In this document: positions 1-10,331 of the stretch, one piece after another
How the letters are laid out: every line of letters begins with the position of its first letter
Position numbering within the stretch: position 1 is the first letter of the stretch
IMG/VR virus record: IMGVR_UViG_3300022935_000005
Location: 62,001 to 126,000 of that record
DNA: 64,000 nucleotides
Strand: one strand, 5' to 3'
Notes under the pieces: generated by a model
Databases searched by the model: none
What the model saw: only the letters and a program-made list of their open reading frames with translations
Told to the model about the DNA's origin: nothing
Position numbers and translations under genes: made by a program

Positions 1-1
1 G

Positions 2-2752
2 ATATTGTCTGGAAGTGTTGTTGTCGCAACCTCGGATAGGGTATCTTTTGATTCAATTAGTACTGCGGGAAATTCGTTACTGATCGGATCAGGCTCAACT
101 TTAGCAATCAGTAGCTTTACGCCAACTCAAACGTTTTCAGGGTCAATCAATAACTTTAGAGTATACCATAAGACAAGAACATCATCTGAAATTGACCGCT
201 ATATAAAAAGGACTCTTTTTGCCGACAGTAACAGCATGAACGTCTTAAACTTAAGGTTTAATGAGGCAACGGGAAGCTATCAAAACAATTCAGTTGTTTT
301 AGATTCTTCTGGTGAGAGTTTACACTCCAGGATTGTCAACTACGACGCCGGAATACGCTCTGAAAAGCCTTACGACAGTTTATGCTTATTTGAAAGTTCT
401 GTATATCATCCTACGCTGTTTCCAAGTCATCCTGACGTCATTTCTTTAAACGAGCAGTTGTTGGTTAGCGCTTCTAACTATGATGCCAATAACCCTAACT
501 TGATAACAAAGCTTATTCCTGATCATTACTTTGAAGTTGCAAAAGCCTCAACTGGACAAAGCGATTATGGCACAACCTTGAACGGTATAGAACAATCACC
601 TGACGCATATTCTGTTCCTGGCGCAGCCAAGATGGGACAACCACAGATCATATCAGCTCTGTTGTTTATGTGGGCCAGAATGTTCGACGAATTAAAGCAA
701 ATGATCGATCATGCATCTGAACTAGTTCATATAGACTATGAATCAGAGGAATCGATAGCGAACCAGCTTTTACCAATGTTATCTGAGTATTACGGTTTTG
801 AGCTTTCTAGCATGTTTAGGAACGCAAGTTATGACCAATTCTTTGACGGTGAATCTATAGTTGCTGGGAAAGTACCGGGCCTTCTGGCACTACAGAACGA
901 AATATGGCGTAGAATATTAATTAATCTACCTGAGATTGTACGATCGAAAGGGACACTGCATAGTATAAAATCCCTATTTAGATCCGCCGGTATCGATCCG
1001 GATAGGATGTTTCGATTCGTTGAGTACGGGAGTGAAAACCAACTTCGGCTCGGCCGGTCAAGAAAAAAGATAACAGAAATATCGACGTTACTAGATTTTT
1101 CGGGAAGTATCTCCTACACTCCCTCTGCTACAACAGACGTACAGGGATACAACAGCAACAAGCCAAACCTAATATCTTCTTTCTTGACTGGGTCTAGGAT
1201 AGAAGTCGGTTATCCTGACATTTCTGGAGTAATGATACAACAGGAAGAGTATTCTCCACACGGCATATCCAACTCTGAAAATGACGGCTTGTTCACATCC
1301 GGAAGCTGGTCGATAGAAAGTAGATTTAAGTTTCCTACAACTAGAAATTTTTATGATCCACAAAGTCTTTTACGACTACACACAACTGGATCGTCTGTAT
1401 CGCACAACGTGATTGTGAACTTGGTAGCAGACCCCAATATTGACGAAGATGCCGAGAATGGAATAGTGACGCTGTATTGCCGACCCGGCTTTGAAACCTC
1501 AGATGATCTATTAACTCTCTCTATTAATGATGTCAACATCTTCGACGGAAATAAATGGTACGTATCCGCGGGAAGAAAGAGAAATGATGAGATAGACAGC
1601 TATGTGTCATCAAGCTACTTTCTGACTCTTGCCAGACAAGAGAATGGCGAGATACTGGAATATTACACAACATCGTCTTTGTTCTTGGACTCAAATGTCG
1701 TTGGAGAAAATGCGTTCCAAAAGAAAGATTATCTTGGCACGACGCTGAACGCATCAGGCTCTTTCATAGTGGTTGGAAGCCAGACACTAGACGACTCTAT
1801 TTCTCGCCACTTAAATGATAGCACAATAGTTGAAAAAGCTAGAACAACAAACTTTTCTGGGCTAATGGGTCACACAAGGTTTTGGTCGAAAGCCTTGACA
1901 CAAGAAGAAATGAAAGAACACACGAGGAACTTTACTTCTTTGGGTGTAGAAGACCCTCTAAAGAACTTCGGTTTTTCTCATGAGATCACTGGTTCATTCG
2001 AGAAACTGAGACTAGATATCTCGACAGACCAACCTGTTACCACAACAGATGTCAGCGGTGTAATAGACCCCTTGATAGATTTTTCGCAACAGTTTGCGTC
2101 TAGCTCTAACCCAGGAGGGTTCAGCACTCTTAGGGGCTTTGAGGCATCGACTCAAGTCATAAAGCCTGAAAGATTCGACTATAGCGCGATATCATATCTT
2201 TTTGACGAGCCATCGACATCTAATAAGGTGAGGATATTGGGTATGACAGAAGGCGAGAACATTGCAGAGTATGACACGCTACCAGCTCCGATATATGAGA
2301 TTCCAAGAGCCACTGAGCCTGTAGACGATGTAAGATTCTCAATAGAGTTCTCAGTATCTCAAGCTCTTAACGAAGACATTATGAAAATCTTTGCCACACT
2401 AAACGCCCTTGACACCGCTCTTGGTTCACCAAACACTATGTTTTCAGAAGAGTATTTCGACCTCCGTCAGATGAGAGAGATATACTTCAACCGCTTGGTC
2501 GGGGAAGTTAACTACACTAGCTTTTTTGAGTTTTTTAGATGGATAGACCAGTCCTTCGATTCGATGGTAACTAACCTAATACCCAAGAAGACTAACTACA
2601 AGGGATTCAACATGATTGTTGAAGGTCACGCCCTAGAAAGAAGTAGGGTTCCATACAACACCGGTGACATATACCTCGGCGAGAATGATAGAAGAAATCT
2701 CAAGGGAACCATACTATTAAGACAGCTGGTCGGTAACATAAGGAAGATTTGA
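2..2752 (+). CDS. Baseplate wedge-like structural protein (P2 gpI/T4 gp7-like core plus LamG-like domains); 5'-truncated
   Basis: Frame is open from the window start. Motif LPMLSEYYGF...IWRRILINLPEIVRSKGTLHSIKSLF resembles the gpI/gp7 core. FSGSINNFRVY, WSIESRFK, FDGNKWYVS and FSGLMGHTRFWSKAL are LamG-like strands. Confidence 0.6.
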   Translation: MLSGSVVVATSDRVSFDSISTAGNSLLIGSGSTLAISSFTPTQTFSGSINNFRVYHKTRTSSEIDRYIKRTLFADSNSMNVLNLRFNEATGSYQNNSVVLDSSGESLHSRIVNYDAGIRSEKPYDSLCLFESSVYHPTLFPSHPDVISLNEQLLVSASNYDANNPNLITKLIPDHYFEVAKASTGQSDYGTTLNGIEQSPDAYSVPGAAKMGQPQIISALLFMWARMFDELKQMIDHASELVHIDYESEESIANQLLPMLSEYYGFELSSMFRNASYDQFFDGESIVAGKVPGLLALQNEIWRRILINLPEIVRSKGTLHSIKSLFRSAGIDPDRMFRFVEYGSENQLRLGRSRKKITEISTLLDFSGSISYTPSATTDVQGYNSNKPNLISSFLTGSRIEVGYPDISGVMIQQEEYSPHGISNSENDGLFTSGSWSIESRFKFPTTRNFYDPQSLLRLHTTGSSVSHNVIVNLVADPNIDEDAENGIVTLYCRPGFETSDDLLTLSINDVNIFDGNKWYVSAGRKRNDEIDSYVSSSYFLTLARQENGEILEYYTTSSLFLDSNVVGENAFQKKDYLGTTLNASGSFIVVGSQTLDDSISRHLNDSTIVEKARTTNFSGLMGHTRFWSKALTQEEMKEHTRNFTSLGVEDPLKNFGFSHEITGSFEKLRLDISTDQPVTTTDVSGVIDPLIDFSQQFASSSNPGGFSTLRGFEASTQVIKPERFDYSAISYLFDEPSTSNKVRILGMTEGENIAEYDTLPAPIYEIPRATEPVDDVRFSIEFSVSQALNEDIMKIFATLNALDTALGSPNTMFSEEYFDLRQMREIYFNRLVGEVNYTSFFEFFRWIDQSFDSMVTNLIPKKTNYKGFNMIVEGHALERSRVPYNTGDIYLGENDRRNLKGTILLRQLVGNIRKI

Positions 2753-3681
2753 TGACATCACAAAGAGTTTTAAGTGGCAGCAAATCAAAAGGTTCTACTG
2801 CTACGCTAACAGGATCAGTGCAATATTTCTATCAAGGAACTAGCGTAAGAACGTTCTCTTCTTTTGTGGGTAGTCTACTCCCAAGGATGGGTTCAGGTGA
2901 CCGTATCGAAATGTACAAGGACGGCTCCCCGATTGATACATTTGATGGGTTTGATGACTCTATAATCATAAATAACAACTCTGCTGATATGGGCGGAGAA
3001 AATGATGGAAAAAGAATAGAAGAAAGAGTCAGTCATGACTACGAGAACCGTGGGTTTGGTCAACCCACACTTACACTGAAGGGCGAGCCTTACGCTGATA
3101 CTATTAAGTTTGATCCTGTCATCTATATAAAAGACTCTCAAGAAGTCATGTGGCCAGTTAACATGTGGAATGCTGGGTCATTGGACGATCACGAGTTCGA
3201 TGGTGTTATTGAGCCTTTAGATATCCGACGAGAAGTGTTTGGAGAGATAATCACAAAGTATGAGGGTCGTTCTATAAGGGGTGCACTGGTCGGAGCAGCA
3301 TCGGAACAACCCTGGGGTAGCAAGCAGATAGAAAGCGCTTGGTACATAAGTGACAACAGCTGCCGTCCATTTCTAGATGCGCCAACAGTCTTTTCTCTTG
3401 ATGATAGTGAGACGCCGATAGCAAGTCAGGCATACCAAGACATAGAACAATCAGCAGATTCTGCCTTTTTAGAGAAAGATACTTATCATGACAGAGTTTA
3501 TTTTTCTTTGCTAACTCACAATAATAGTGATATGAGAACAGCCTTACGTCAATTAAACAGTTCTTCTTGTGATAGTTTGACTGACCCTTTTGAGAAAAGG
3601 GCTAATAGAGGTCTTACTGAAGGTCAGAATGTCGGTTCATTGGCGTTTAGTAATCTGCTTGTAGTTGGGGAGCAGTCGTGA
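2752..3681 (+). CDS. Hypothetical virion-associated protein
   Basis: ~310-aa ORF. ATG overlaps the upstream TGA and the ORF overlaps the next gene. Confidence 0.55.
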   Translation: MTSQRVLSGSKSKGSTATLTGSVQYFYQGTSVRTFSSFVGSLLPRMGSGDRIEMYKDGSPIDTFDGFDDSIIINNNSADMGGENDGKRIEERVSHDYENRGFGQPTLTLKGEPYADTIKFDPVIYIKDSQEVMWPVNMWNAGSLDDHEFDGVIEPLDIRREVFGEIITKYEGRSIRGALVGAASEQPWGSKQIESAWYISDNSCRPFLDAPTVFSLDDSETPIASQAYQDIEQSADSAFLEKDTYHDRVYFSLLTHNNSDMRTALRQLNSSSCDSLTDPFEKRANRGLTEGQNVGSLAFSNLLVVGEQS

Positions 3682-6600
3682 AAGATACAAAGAACTCACC
3701 ATTTATACACGATATATCTAAATCTCTTGTCATTACAGGGTCTGCCGTTCCGGCGGCTGTCTCGTATGTGCGGTTTAATCACTTCCAAGATTCCGATACT
3801 GAGACCGGGACGTACATAACTGATTACGGAAACCCTACACAGCCATATAAGGTAGTGCAAGGAGACCGCGGTAATAACACGGGGAATTTTTGGGCGACGA
3901 CAGGATCACTAGACCAGCTAGACATATACGGAGAGAAGGTATACACGGATGAGGTTGTCCAGCCAGGTCTTAAAGTAAGAACTCTAATGAGCCAAAGGGG
4001 ACTGTCTCTACCGTTAAGCTCAGATCCTGTGTTTATATCAAAAGATATGAAAGACCTGTATTCGGATACAGATTGCGCATTGACTTTTATGGTCAAGCTG
4101 AAGTTGACCAGTGAATTAGAGTCGGATAAAGCTGTCATTATACTTGCTGACCATCCGCCCCCGGGTCCAGTCGTCGCAGCAACAGACGTTTTCTCTATTG
4201 CTCTGGATCATACGGAAGTAAAATGTGATTTCCAAAGTGTGTTCACGGGTGTACCACCGTTCCAGCTAAGTCTTTCAACAACTGGTCTCGCAACTTCTAC
4301 GTTCATAACAGTGTTTGGATCTTTTTCTGTTTCGTCTAGTGGGCTCATGACGGCTGAAAGATTCGCTGTCTACAGCACAGAGACGGGAGAAGAGCTGCAC
4401 TATGCATCAACTCTCCCCGCCGTCCTTAACAACGCTCCAACCCTTAATAATCCCGTGCTTTACGTTGGTTATGGAACAAAGAGCGTTAGCGGAGGGGTAA
4501 ATAACGAATTTCTTGAAGCAGATTTTGTAGAAGTAGATTTAGCTGAGATCGCAATATTCGATTCTGTCCTAACTCAAGAGCAGATGCAGACAATAGCTCG
4601 GTCGCATCTAGCAGAAAATCAATACAAGTCTGGATTCAACAACCGCTCACCAAGAAGAACGCAGCAGCTTTTAGATGCCAGAACTGTCTATCCGGCTTCT
4701 TCTAACCCAAGCTCTCCCGTAACTTCTGCTCCTGTCTTTAATGATCAGTTCACCAAGGTGTATGGAATCCAGCCCCAGTCAGGATCGGTTTCAGGAATTA
4801 TGTATCCCGAGATGTTACCAGCTTATATGTTTTCTGGAAGTGATGATTCTCGAGGTGCGGAAGGAAACGTAAAGCCGTTCTACAGAGACTTACATCAGAC
4901 TGAGTATGACAAAAGGTTGGTCGGCCCTGGTGTAATGAGACAGGGTCTGTCGCATAAAGAAACAGAGATACTTAATGTAGGTACTAGAAATTCTCCAATT
5001 GTGATCGGTGAGGACTCTGACGCTCTTGGCGGTACTATAGAGCCGTTTAATGATAACCATCCATTAGCTGATAAAAATGAGCAAGTCGCAGTAAGTGAAG
5101 ATGTGATACCGGGCTTGAATCAGCGCCTTGGTGATCATGTCGCTATCATAATTGACCTGAATCCAGTTGATGATACTACAATCGGTGTCGAAAGAACAGG
5201 CGGTGCGAAGTCTTGGCTTGGAGAGACCACAGGTCGTGTAACTTCGATGGCTTACTTTAACTTCGCCACTAGAAAGTGGGAAACAGCAGGCAAGAATAAC
5301 GACTTCGTGATACCGGGTGCTATCACGGTAAGCACTGGATCTGCTGTTGGTACAGGCACGATAGCTGATAAACTCGTCGATATATACACAAATGGATTTC
5401 AAGAGCTTGTCAACAGCTCTTCTATCGGGTTTGCTGGTACATCTGGATTCACGATTTACGAAGATAAAGGAAGTAGCGCATTTGCACCTCTAGCCTCTAG
5501 AGGCGCTCCAGTCACTTCTTATGGTTTTCCGTTACACCAGAAATACGAAGCAAAAGACGAACAGCTCATAGACATGTCTGATTATATCGACGCTCCGTTC
5601 GTTGTTGAAAGAGTTGCGTTTGAGGTTGGCGTAGCAGTAGAGGACTCTGGACCCCATTCGCTGGGCTACAAGTTAGAGACAAATCAAGACAATTCCAACC
5701 CGGGCGATAATTCGCAAATGCCGAACTTAAAATTCACGGCTGATGTCGATACTCCGATGGCAGCATTTCATGAGCATAATGAGTACGCGAAGCTTGTAGA
5801 CCATATGAGGGTGGAGGTTTCGAGAGGAAGCTTTATTAATGGCTCGTGGTGCATTGACGTCAATGACTTTAGCGCAGGAAGAGGGACTACGGTTGCAAGG
5901 TGGAACCGCCCGAGAGATTACCCTTACATGGCGTATTGGGACGCTAACACACTAAAAAATCGTTGTATAGCTTCAATATTTCTAGGTTATCAAAACCATC
6001 CACGCCAAGAGATACCAAACGCAGATTATAATCAACCCTACAGAGGCCTTAGTTTTCCTGTCCTTCCTGATAGACAAGCAAACCCGGGTTTTAGGTTTGT
6101 GATGGGAGCAGGCAGTCTATGGTCATACGCTGATTATTTCGGTCTTAATCCCGGCAACTACCCGGCAAGGATGATGCTACCAGTCGTTCCCGGCCCAAGG
6201 ACGGCTTCTGACCCCGGACACTCTCCCTCTTTACAAGGGTGGAATGATGGTGCCGCGTTACCTCCATCCAGAGACGAAAATGAGCCCGTTGCTGACTGGG
6301 CATTCGCTGATGTTAACGTTTCTTACATACCTCTGCTAGCAGCAGGTGTGAATGGACTAGTCACTGGATCAAACGACCCAACTGGTATCCGGAGACCTAC
6401 CCAGCATCCCATATCGTTCGTTGAGAAGCGTACTTATAAAACTCAGAACTGGGAGGACGTTAGCGCAGCTAGTATTAATGACTGGGGTCTTTTTGAAGAG
6501 CCTGGTGTTCCTTTCTGGAGAGCTGACACGTTCTTTTTGCTGAGACAGACAAAGTCAGATGAGAAACTAAAAGTGCAGTTTTCATTTGAGTTTACGTCGG

Positions 6601-9600
6601 ATAGCTCTAAGGTGTTTTTCCCGTTGTGCCCGTGGGCAACCGGGCAGCAGCCTCAGAAGATTTACGGTATGCGGTTCGACTCCGGTGGCATAAAATTTAG
6701 AAGAACAACCAACCGAGAAATGGAGCAAATGCATGGTTACAGGTGTGTAACATCTCGCGCGTGGTATGGCGACTTCTCTGGTTATCCTCCTGTTGACCCG
6801 ACAAACGGTGTCTTGCTCGCCAACGGAGCTGAACTTAAGACATTATATTCTATAGGGAAGAGTGACCTTAAGGTCGGGTGGGAAACTGAGACAGACACGA
6901 TCAGAGAGCTAGTCACATTCGGCCAGGTCACACATTACGGGTACTGCGCTGCTCAAGACGGCTATGTCGACAAGATAGTAAACACCGCCAACATAGACCG
7001 TGGACTCGGATTAACATCAGGATCATGGGATGGCGACTTTCGGACAGCTGTCGTCGACACACGTCAAGCGCTATTTGGACAAGCTATGAAGCTCAGCAGG
7101 ATGCAGACCGCTGGGAACTCTGTAATACCTGCCGACCCTTTCACTGTTAATGCCACGTACGCAACACAATATTCTCAATTTTCTGACGCACCAAATTCTT
7201 TCCAGGGTTCGTGGTCTTTTTCTCCCGGGGAATCCCATCTTGATGGCTTTAGAAACTGGTTACCGTCTTTTACATGGGCTGATAGCGAGACCAACCCCGC
7301 CTCCCCCAATTCCTCCACACCTACTACGGGTATCAATATAAGCGGCCAGGGTCGTTATAAAACTATGACGTTCGACGGTGCTTCATACAGTGAACAACTT
7401 CTTTCGTTCCCTCGGTGGACCGGTACTTCGTATCATGCGGGTGGCGCCGATGTTTCTCATACTCTGGATAATTGGCAACCGTTGTTACTTGTGCAGAAGT
7501 CGCAGGTCCGAACCTTGTCTGGATCTTGTCTTTGGGATTTATGGGACGCCGTTGATAACCAGATGCAAGAATATGCCGGTACCGGCACCTCTGAAAGAGA
7601 GATTGAACCATTAATCCCGGGCGGTTCTGGATTTTCAATAATATCTACTCCGGCGTGGCCAATTGGGTCGACAGATGCAGTTGATCGTGAAATTAATAGT
7701 GAAGGTGTTATCAGATATACATCAGCAGGTGATCAACCGTACTTATTTGGCCGTATCACCGCAGGTATTGAAGCGGATGGTTTTCCCGGTACGAACGTAG
7801 GTAATCCACCCGTCTACCAAAGATATGCCGATTTTAAGTGGTGGGGTGGTTTCGACACTCCCCCACTTTCAAGACCATCTCAAATAACGGATTTTCTTGG
7901 CGAGCGCCCGTTAACTGGCTGGTTACAGGCTGGGCTAGGCAAGGAAAAGAATATCTACATTGGTCAAGGCGCAAAGCACGGAGGTACCAATATAGATTAT
8001 GATGACAACTGGTCTGGCTTTACGTTAATGACGGCATCCACAGTGTATCGTCCTTGGGGGATCCCTGGAAGCGAAAATGCCACTCTTCCACTGCACGCTA
8101 ATGTGTATAAGAGACAGTGGTTAAACTATGAAGAAAACTTAACATTTGAAGTGCCAATAAAAACCGTGACGCCGACAACAGCTCATGATTCTGGATACTG
8201 GGTTGTGACAGCAGAAGATGTGTGGGGCCCACAGCTGAGTGATGTCGAAGGAACGCCGGGTGTAATATTTGTGCCATTTTCACCCACAGGCGCGGCCAGC
8301 AAGCAGGCTATACCTTGGATAAACAGAACTGCCTCTAACTTCGCTATGCATGCGAAGAGGTACCACAGAAGGTACACGATGTCACCATCTCGAGGCGGAT
8401 ATAACGTTGGTCCTCTGGCTGATGGATTTAACTCTGGCCGTGTTTTCTTTAGAAACGTCGCTGCTGCGACCCAGTCTGGTGCGCAGTTTCAGAGAAAATT
8501 CACACCAAGCATCTTACATGGCAACGGCCGGATAGAGAATGAAGGTACCATCGACCCAACCCTCGAAGCCCAACAAATATATTACGAGGATAGGTATAAC
8601 TCTCAAGATCAGGCTTTAGTGACAGGAAGCATCGCGACAGAGCAGGCGCAGCAGTCTCTCTATGTGTTAAAGCCGTCTGATAAGCTTATTTTAGGTGTGC
8701 AACCTTCTTTACCCGGGTGGAATGCCGGCTCTGGACTACCGAACAACAGGTGGTCAAATAAATGGGGTACGTGGGATTATAAAGAATCAAATGCTACAGA
8801 GCGTGTAAGAAGCCTAGACGCCGATGTTGACGGAACGCACAAAGACTGCTTGATGAACCTAGAAGATCCCTATGAGCCTTGTCACGGCCTGACGATGCTC
8901 AAAGGTCCCAGCCGGATTGTTCTGTACGGTTCATTCTTACGTGATAACAAACATTACTCTCCAAGCTCTAAGCAACAGCTTCGCTCTGCTGCTGTGCACG
9001 AAGCACTTCACTATGACAACCCTGTACTTGATCAGTTCTTAACTGATAACGCATATGAGTACACAGGTAATACCCTGGCTCAACACATCACTGGTAGCAT
9101 GTTGGATGGTGATAGAGGCGTTGCGGGTACACTGGCAGCGGGTAACTTAACATTCAGTGGAAGCTTCCAAAGGTTCACCAGAGCGACTGAAGATAGTCAA
9201 GTGTTTTATGACACGCTTTTGCATGATCCTTTTGATATATGCGAAATAGACGGGGTCGTTCGAAAAGGAATACAAGCAGGAGGCTACGCTGTCATTAACA
9301 TGTTTATGCCTAATGACTGGTTAATTCCGACGACTGCAGAGTATATTGACACCGCCACCATCAACCTCGTCACAGACTACGCTTTTTCTAGTGCATGGCC
9401 GCATTCTTTTCCTTTTGAAGAAAAGTATTCTAACGTAAAAAGATTGGTTTCACGAGATCTATCGTTCGTCCCTAGAAGATTAGGTTTTGGCTCTCTCCTC
9501 GAACCAAATTCCCTCTACTTTGGGCTGTCAAGCGCCATGTATCAGTATCCCCTAGGGTCATCTCCCCTGCAACTTAATAACGAAGACGCAAGTGACCCAT

Positions 9601-10307
9601 CACTCGTTAGGTTTCTCACTGGATCATCTGGCGACATAATACCTTATGATCACTGGAAGTGGGTCGAAGAAAATTACCCCACTTCGCCTAGCGACCCGGC
9701 TTGGAGCGTGGGTCAACATGTCTCCGCGGTAACTAATATGGCGAATACTACGGTACCAGATTTCGATAATGCATCAAGTCTCTCCGACTTCTACGGGCCC
9801 ATGTACAGTACACGAACGATAACGGCATACAGGAAGGTAACTGCCGCGATGTTGGGTTATGGTCGACAGAACAGGAAGCAATTAGACTTTAATCCCTTCT
9901 CGTTCTATTTCAATTTTGTCGAAGAGGATATAAATGGTGTGGTGGCTGGTAACTCCGGAAATGCAACGAGATTTCATCCCGCAGGCTTCAAGTATGGCTA
10001 CATGAACTGTGATCACTTATATCCGTCTACAGTCCATAGAGCAGATCATTATGGTCAATTCCGAGATATGCTAGAACAGCGTCTGTACGGCAAAGTGTAC
10101 AGCTTCGGAGATGAATACAACAAGCGCGGGGAAAGCGAAGCTGCTGTGACATGTATCTTTGTAGACGCTGATGGAGCGCCTATTGACGATGCAACAAAGA
10201 CGCAGTGCTTGAATCTCTCTACTTCTGCAGCGTCAACAAAACCATTTATTGAGGGTGAGGTCCTTCGCGAGATAATAATTAATTCTGAGTCTGTAACTAT
10301 TGAATGA
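3678..10307 (+). CDS. Very large virion structural (baseplate/fibre-associated) protein with N-terminal LamG-like domain
   Basis: 2209-aa ORF. LYVG...DLAEIAIFDSVLTQEQM resembles a LamG C-terminus. Structural gene context. Confidence 0.55.
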   Translation: MKDTKNSPFIHDISKSLVITGSAVPAAVSYVRFNHFQDSDTETGTYITDYGNPTQPYKVVQGDRGNNTGNFWATTGSLDQLDIYGEKVYTDEVVQPGLKVRTLMSQRGLSLPLSSDPVFISKDMKDLYSDTDCALTFMVKLKLTSELESDKAVIILADHPPPGPVVAATDVFSIALDHTEVKCDFQSVFTGVPPFQLSLSTTGLATSTFITVFGSFSVSSSGLMTAERFAVYSTETGEELHYASTLPAVLNNAPTLNNPVLYVGYGTKSVSGGVNNEFLEADFVEVDLAEIAIFDSVLTQEQMQTIARSHLAENQYKSGFNNRSPRRTQQLLDARTVYPASSNPSSPVTSAPVFNDQFTKVYGIQPQSGSVSGIMYPEMLPAYMFSGSDDSRGAEGNVKPFYRDLHQTEYDKRLVGPGVMRQGLSHKETEILNVGTRNSPIVIGEDSDALGGTIEPFNDNHPLADKNEQVAVSEDVIPGLNQRLGDHVAIIIDLNPVDDTTIGVERTGGAKSWLGETTGRVTSMAYFNFATRKWETAGKNNDFVIPGAITVSTGSAVGTGTIADKLVDIYTNGFQELVNSSSIGFAGTSGFTIYEDKGSSAFAPLASRGAPVTSYGFPLHQKYEAKDEQLIDMSDYIDAPFVVERVAFEVGVAVEDSGPHSLGYKLETNQDNSNPGDNSQMPNLKFTADVDTPMAAFHEHNEYAKLVDHMRVEVSRGSFINGSWCIDVNDFSAGRGTTVARWNRPRDYPYMAYWDANTLKNRCIASIFLGYQNHPRQEIPNADYNQPYRGLSFPVLPDRQANPGFRFVMGAGSLWSYADYFGLNPGNYPARMMLPVVPGPRTASDPGHSPSLQGWNDGAALPPSRDENEPVADWAFADVNVSYIPLLAAGVNGLVTGSNDPTGIRRPTQHPISFVEKRTYKTQNWEDVSAASINDWGLFEEPGVPFWRADTFFLLRQTKSDEKLKVQFSFEFTSDSSKVFFPLCPWATGQQPQKIYGMRFDSGGIKFRRTTNREMEQMHGYRCVTSRAWYGDFSGYPPVDPTNGVLLANGAELKTLYSIGKSDLKVGWETETDTIRELVTFGQVTHYGYCAAQDGYVDKIVNTANIDRGLGLTSGSWDGDFRTAVVDTRQALFGQAMKLSRMQTAGNSVIPADPFTVNATYATQYSQFSDAPNSFQGSWSFSPGESHLDGFRNWLPSFTWADSETNPASPNSSTPTTGINISGQGRYKTMTFDGASYSEQLLSFPRWTGTSYHAGGADVSHTLDNWQPLLLVQKSQVRTLSGSCLWDLWDAVDNQMQEYAGTGTSEREIEPLIPGGSGFSIISTPAWPIGSTDAVDREINSEGVIRYTSAGDQPYLFGRITAGIEADGFPGTNVGNPPVYQRYADFKWWGGFDTPPLSRPSQITDFLGERPLTGWLQAGLGKEKNIYIGQGAKHGGTNIDYDDNWSGFTLMTASTVYRPWGIPGSENATLPLHANVYKRQWLNYEENLTFEVPIKTVTPTTAHDSGYWVVTAEDVWGPQLSDVEGTPGVIFVPFSPTGAASKQAIPWINRTASNFAMHAKRYHRRYTMSPSRGGYNVGPLADGFNSGRVFFRNVAAATQSGAQFQRKFTPSILHGNGRIENEGTIDPTLEAQQIYYEDRYNSQDQALVTGSIATEQAQQSLYVLKPSDKLILGVQPSLPGWNAGSGLPNNRWSNKWGTWDYKESNATERVRSLDADVDGTHKDCLMNLEDPYEPCHGLTMLKGPSRIVLYGSFLRDNKHYSPSSKQQLRSAAVHEALHYDNPVLDQFLTDNAYEYTGNTLAQHITGSMLDGDRGVAGTLAAGNLTFSGSFQRFTRATEDSQVFYDTLLHDPFDICEIDGVVRKGIQAGGYAVINMFMPNDWLIPTTAEYIDTATINLVTDYAFSSAWPHSFPFEEKYSNVKRLVSRDLSFVPRRLGFGSLLEPNSLYFGLSSAMYQYPLGSSPLQLNNEDASDPSLVRFLTGSSGDIIPYDHWKWVEENYPTSPSDPAWSVGQHVSAVTNMANTTVPDFDNASSLSDFYGPMYSTRTITAYRKVTAAMLGYGRQNRKQLDFNPFSFYFNFVEEDINGVVAGNSGNATRFHPAGFKYGYMNCDHLYPSTVHRADHYGQFRDMLEQRLYGKVYSFGDEYNKRGESEAAVTCIFVDADGAPIDDATKTQCLNLSTSAASTKPFIEGEVLREIIINSESVTIE

Positions 10308-10331
10308 TCCAGACTTAAACGGATCGGTTGA

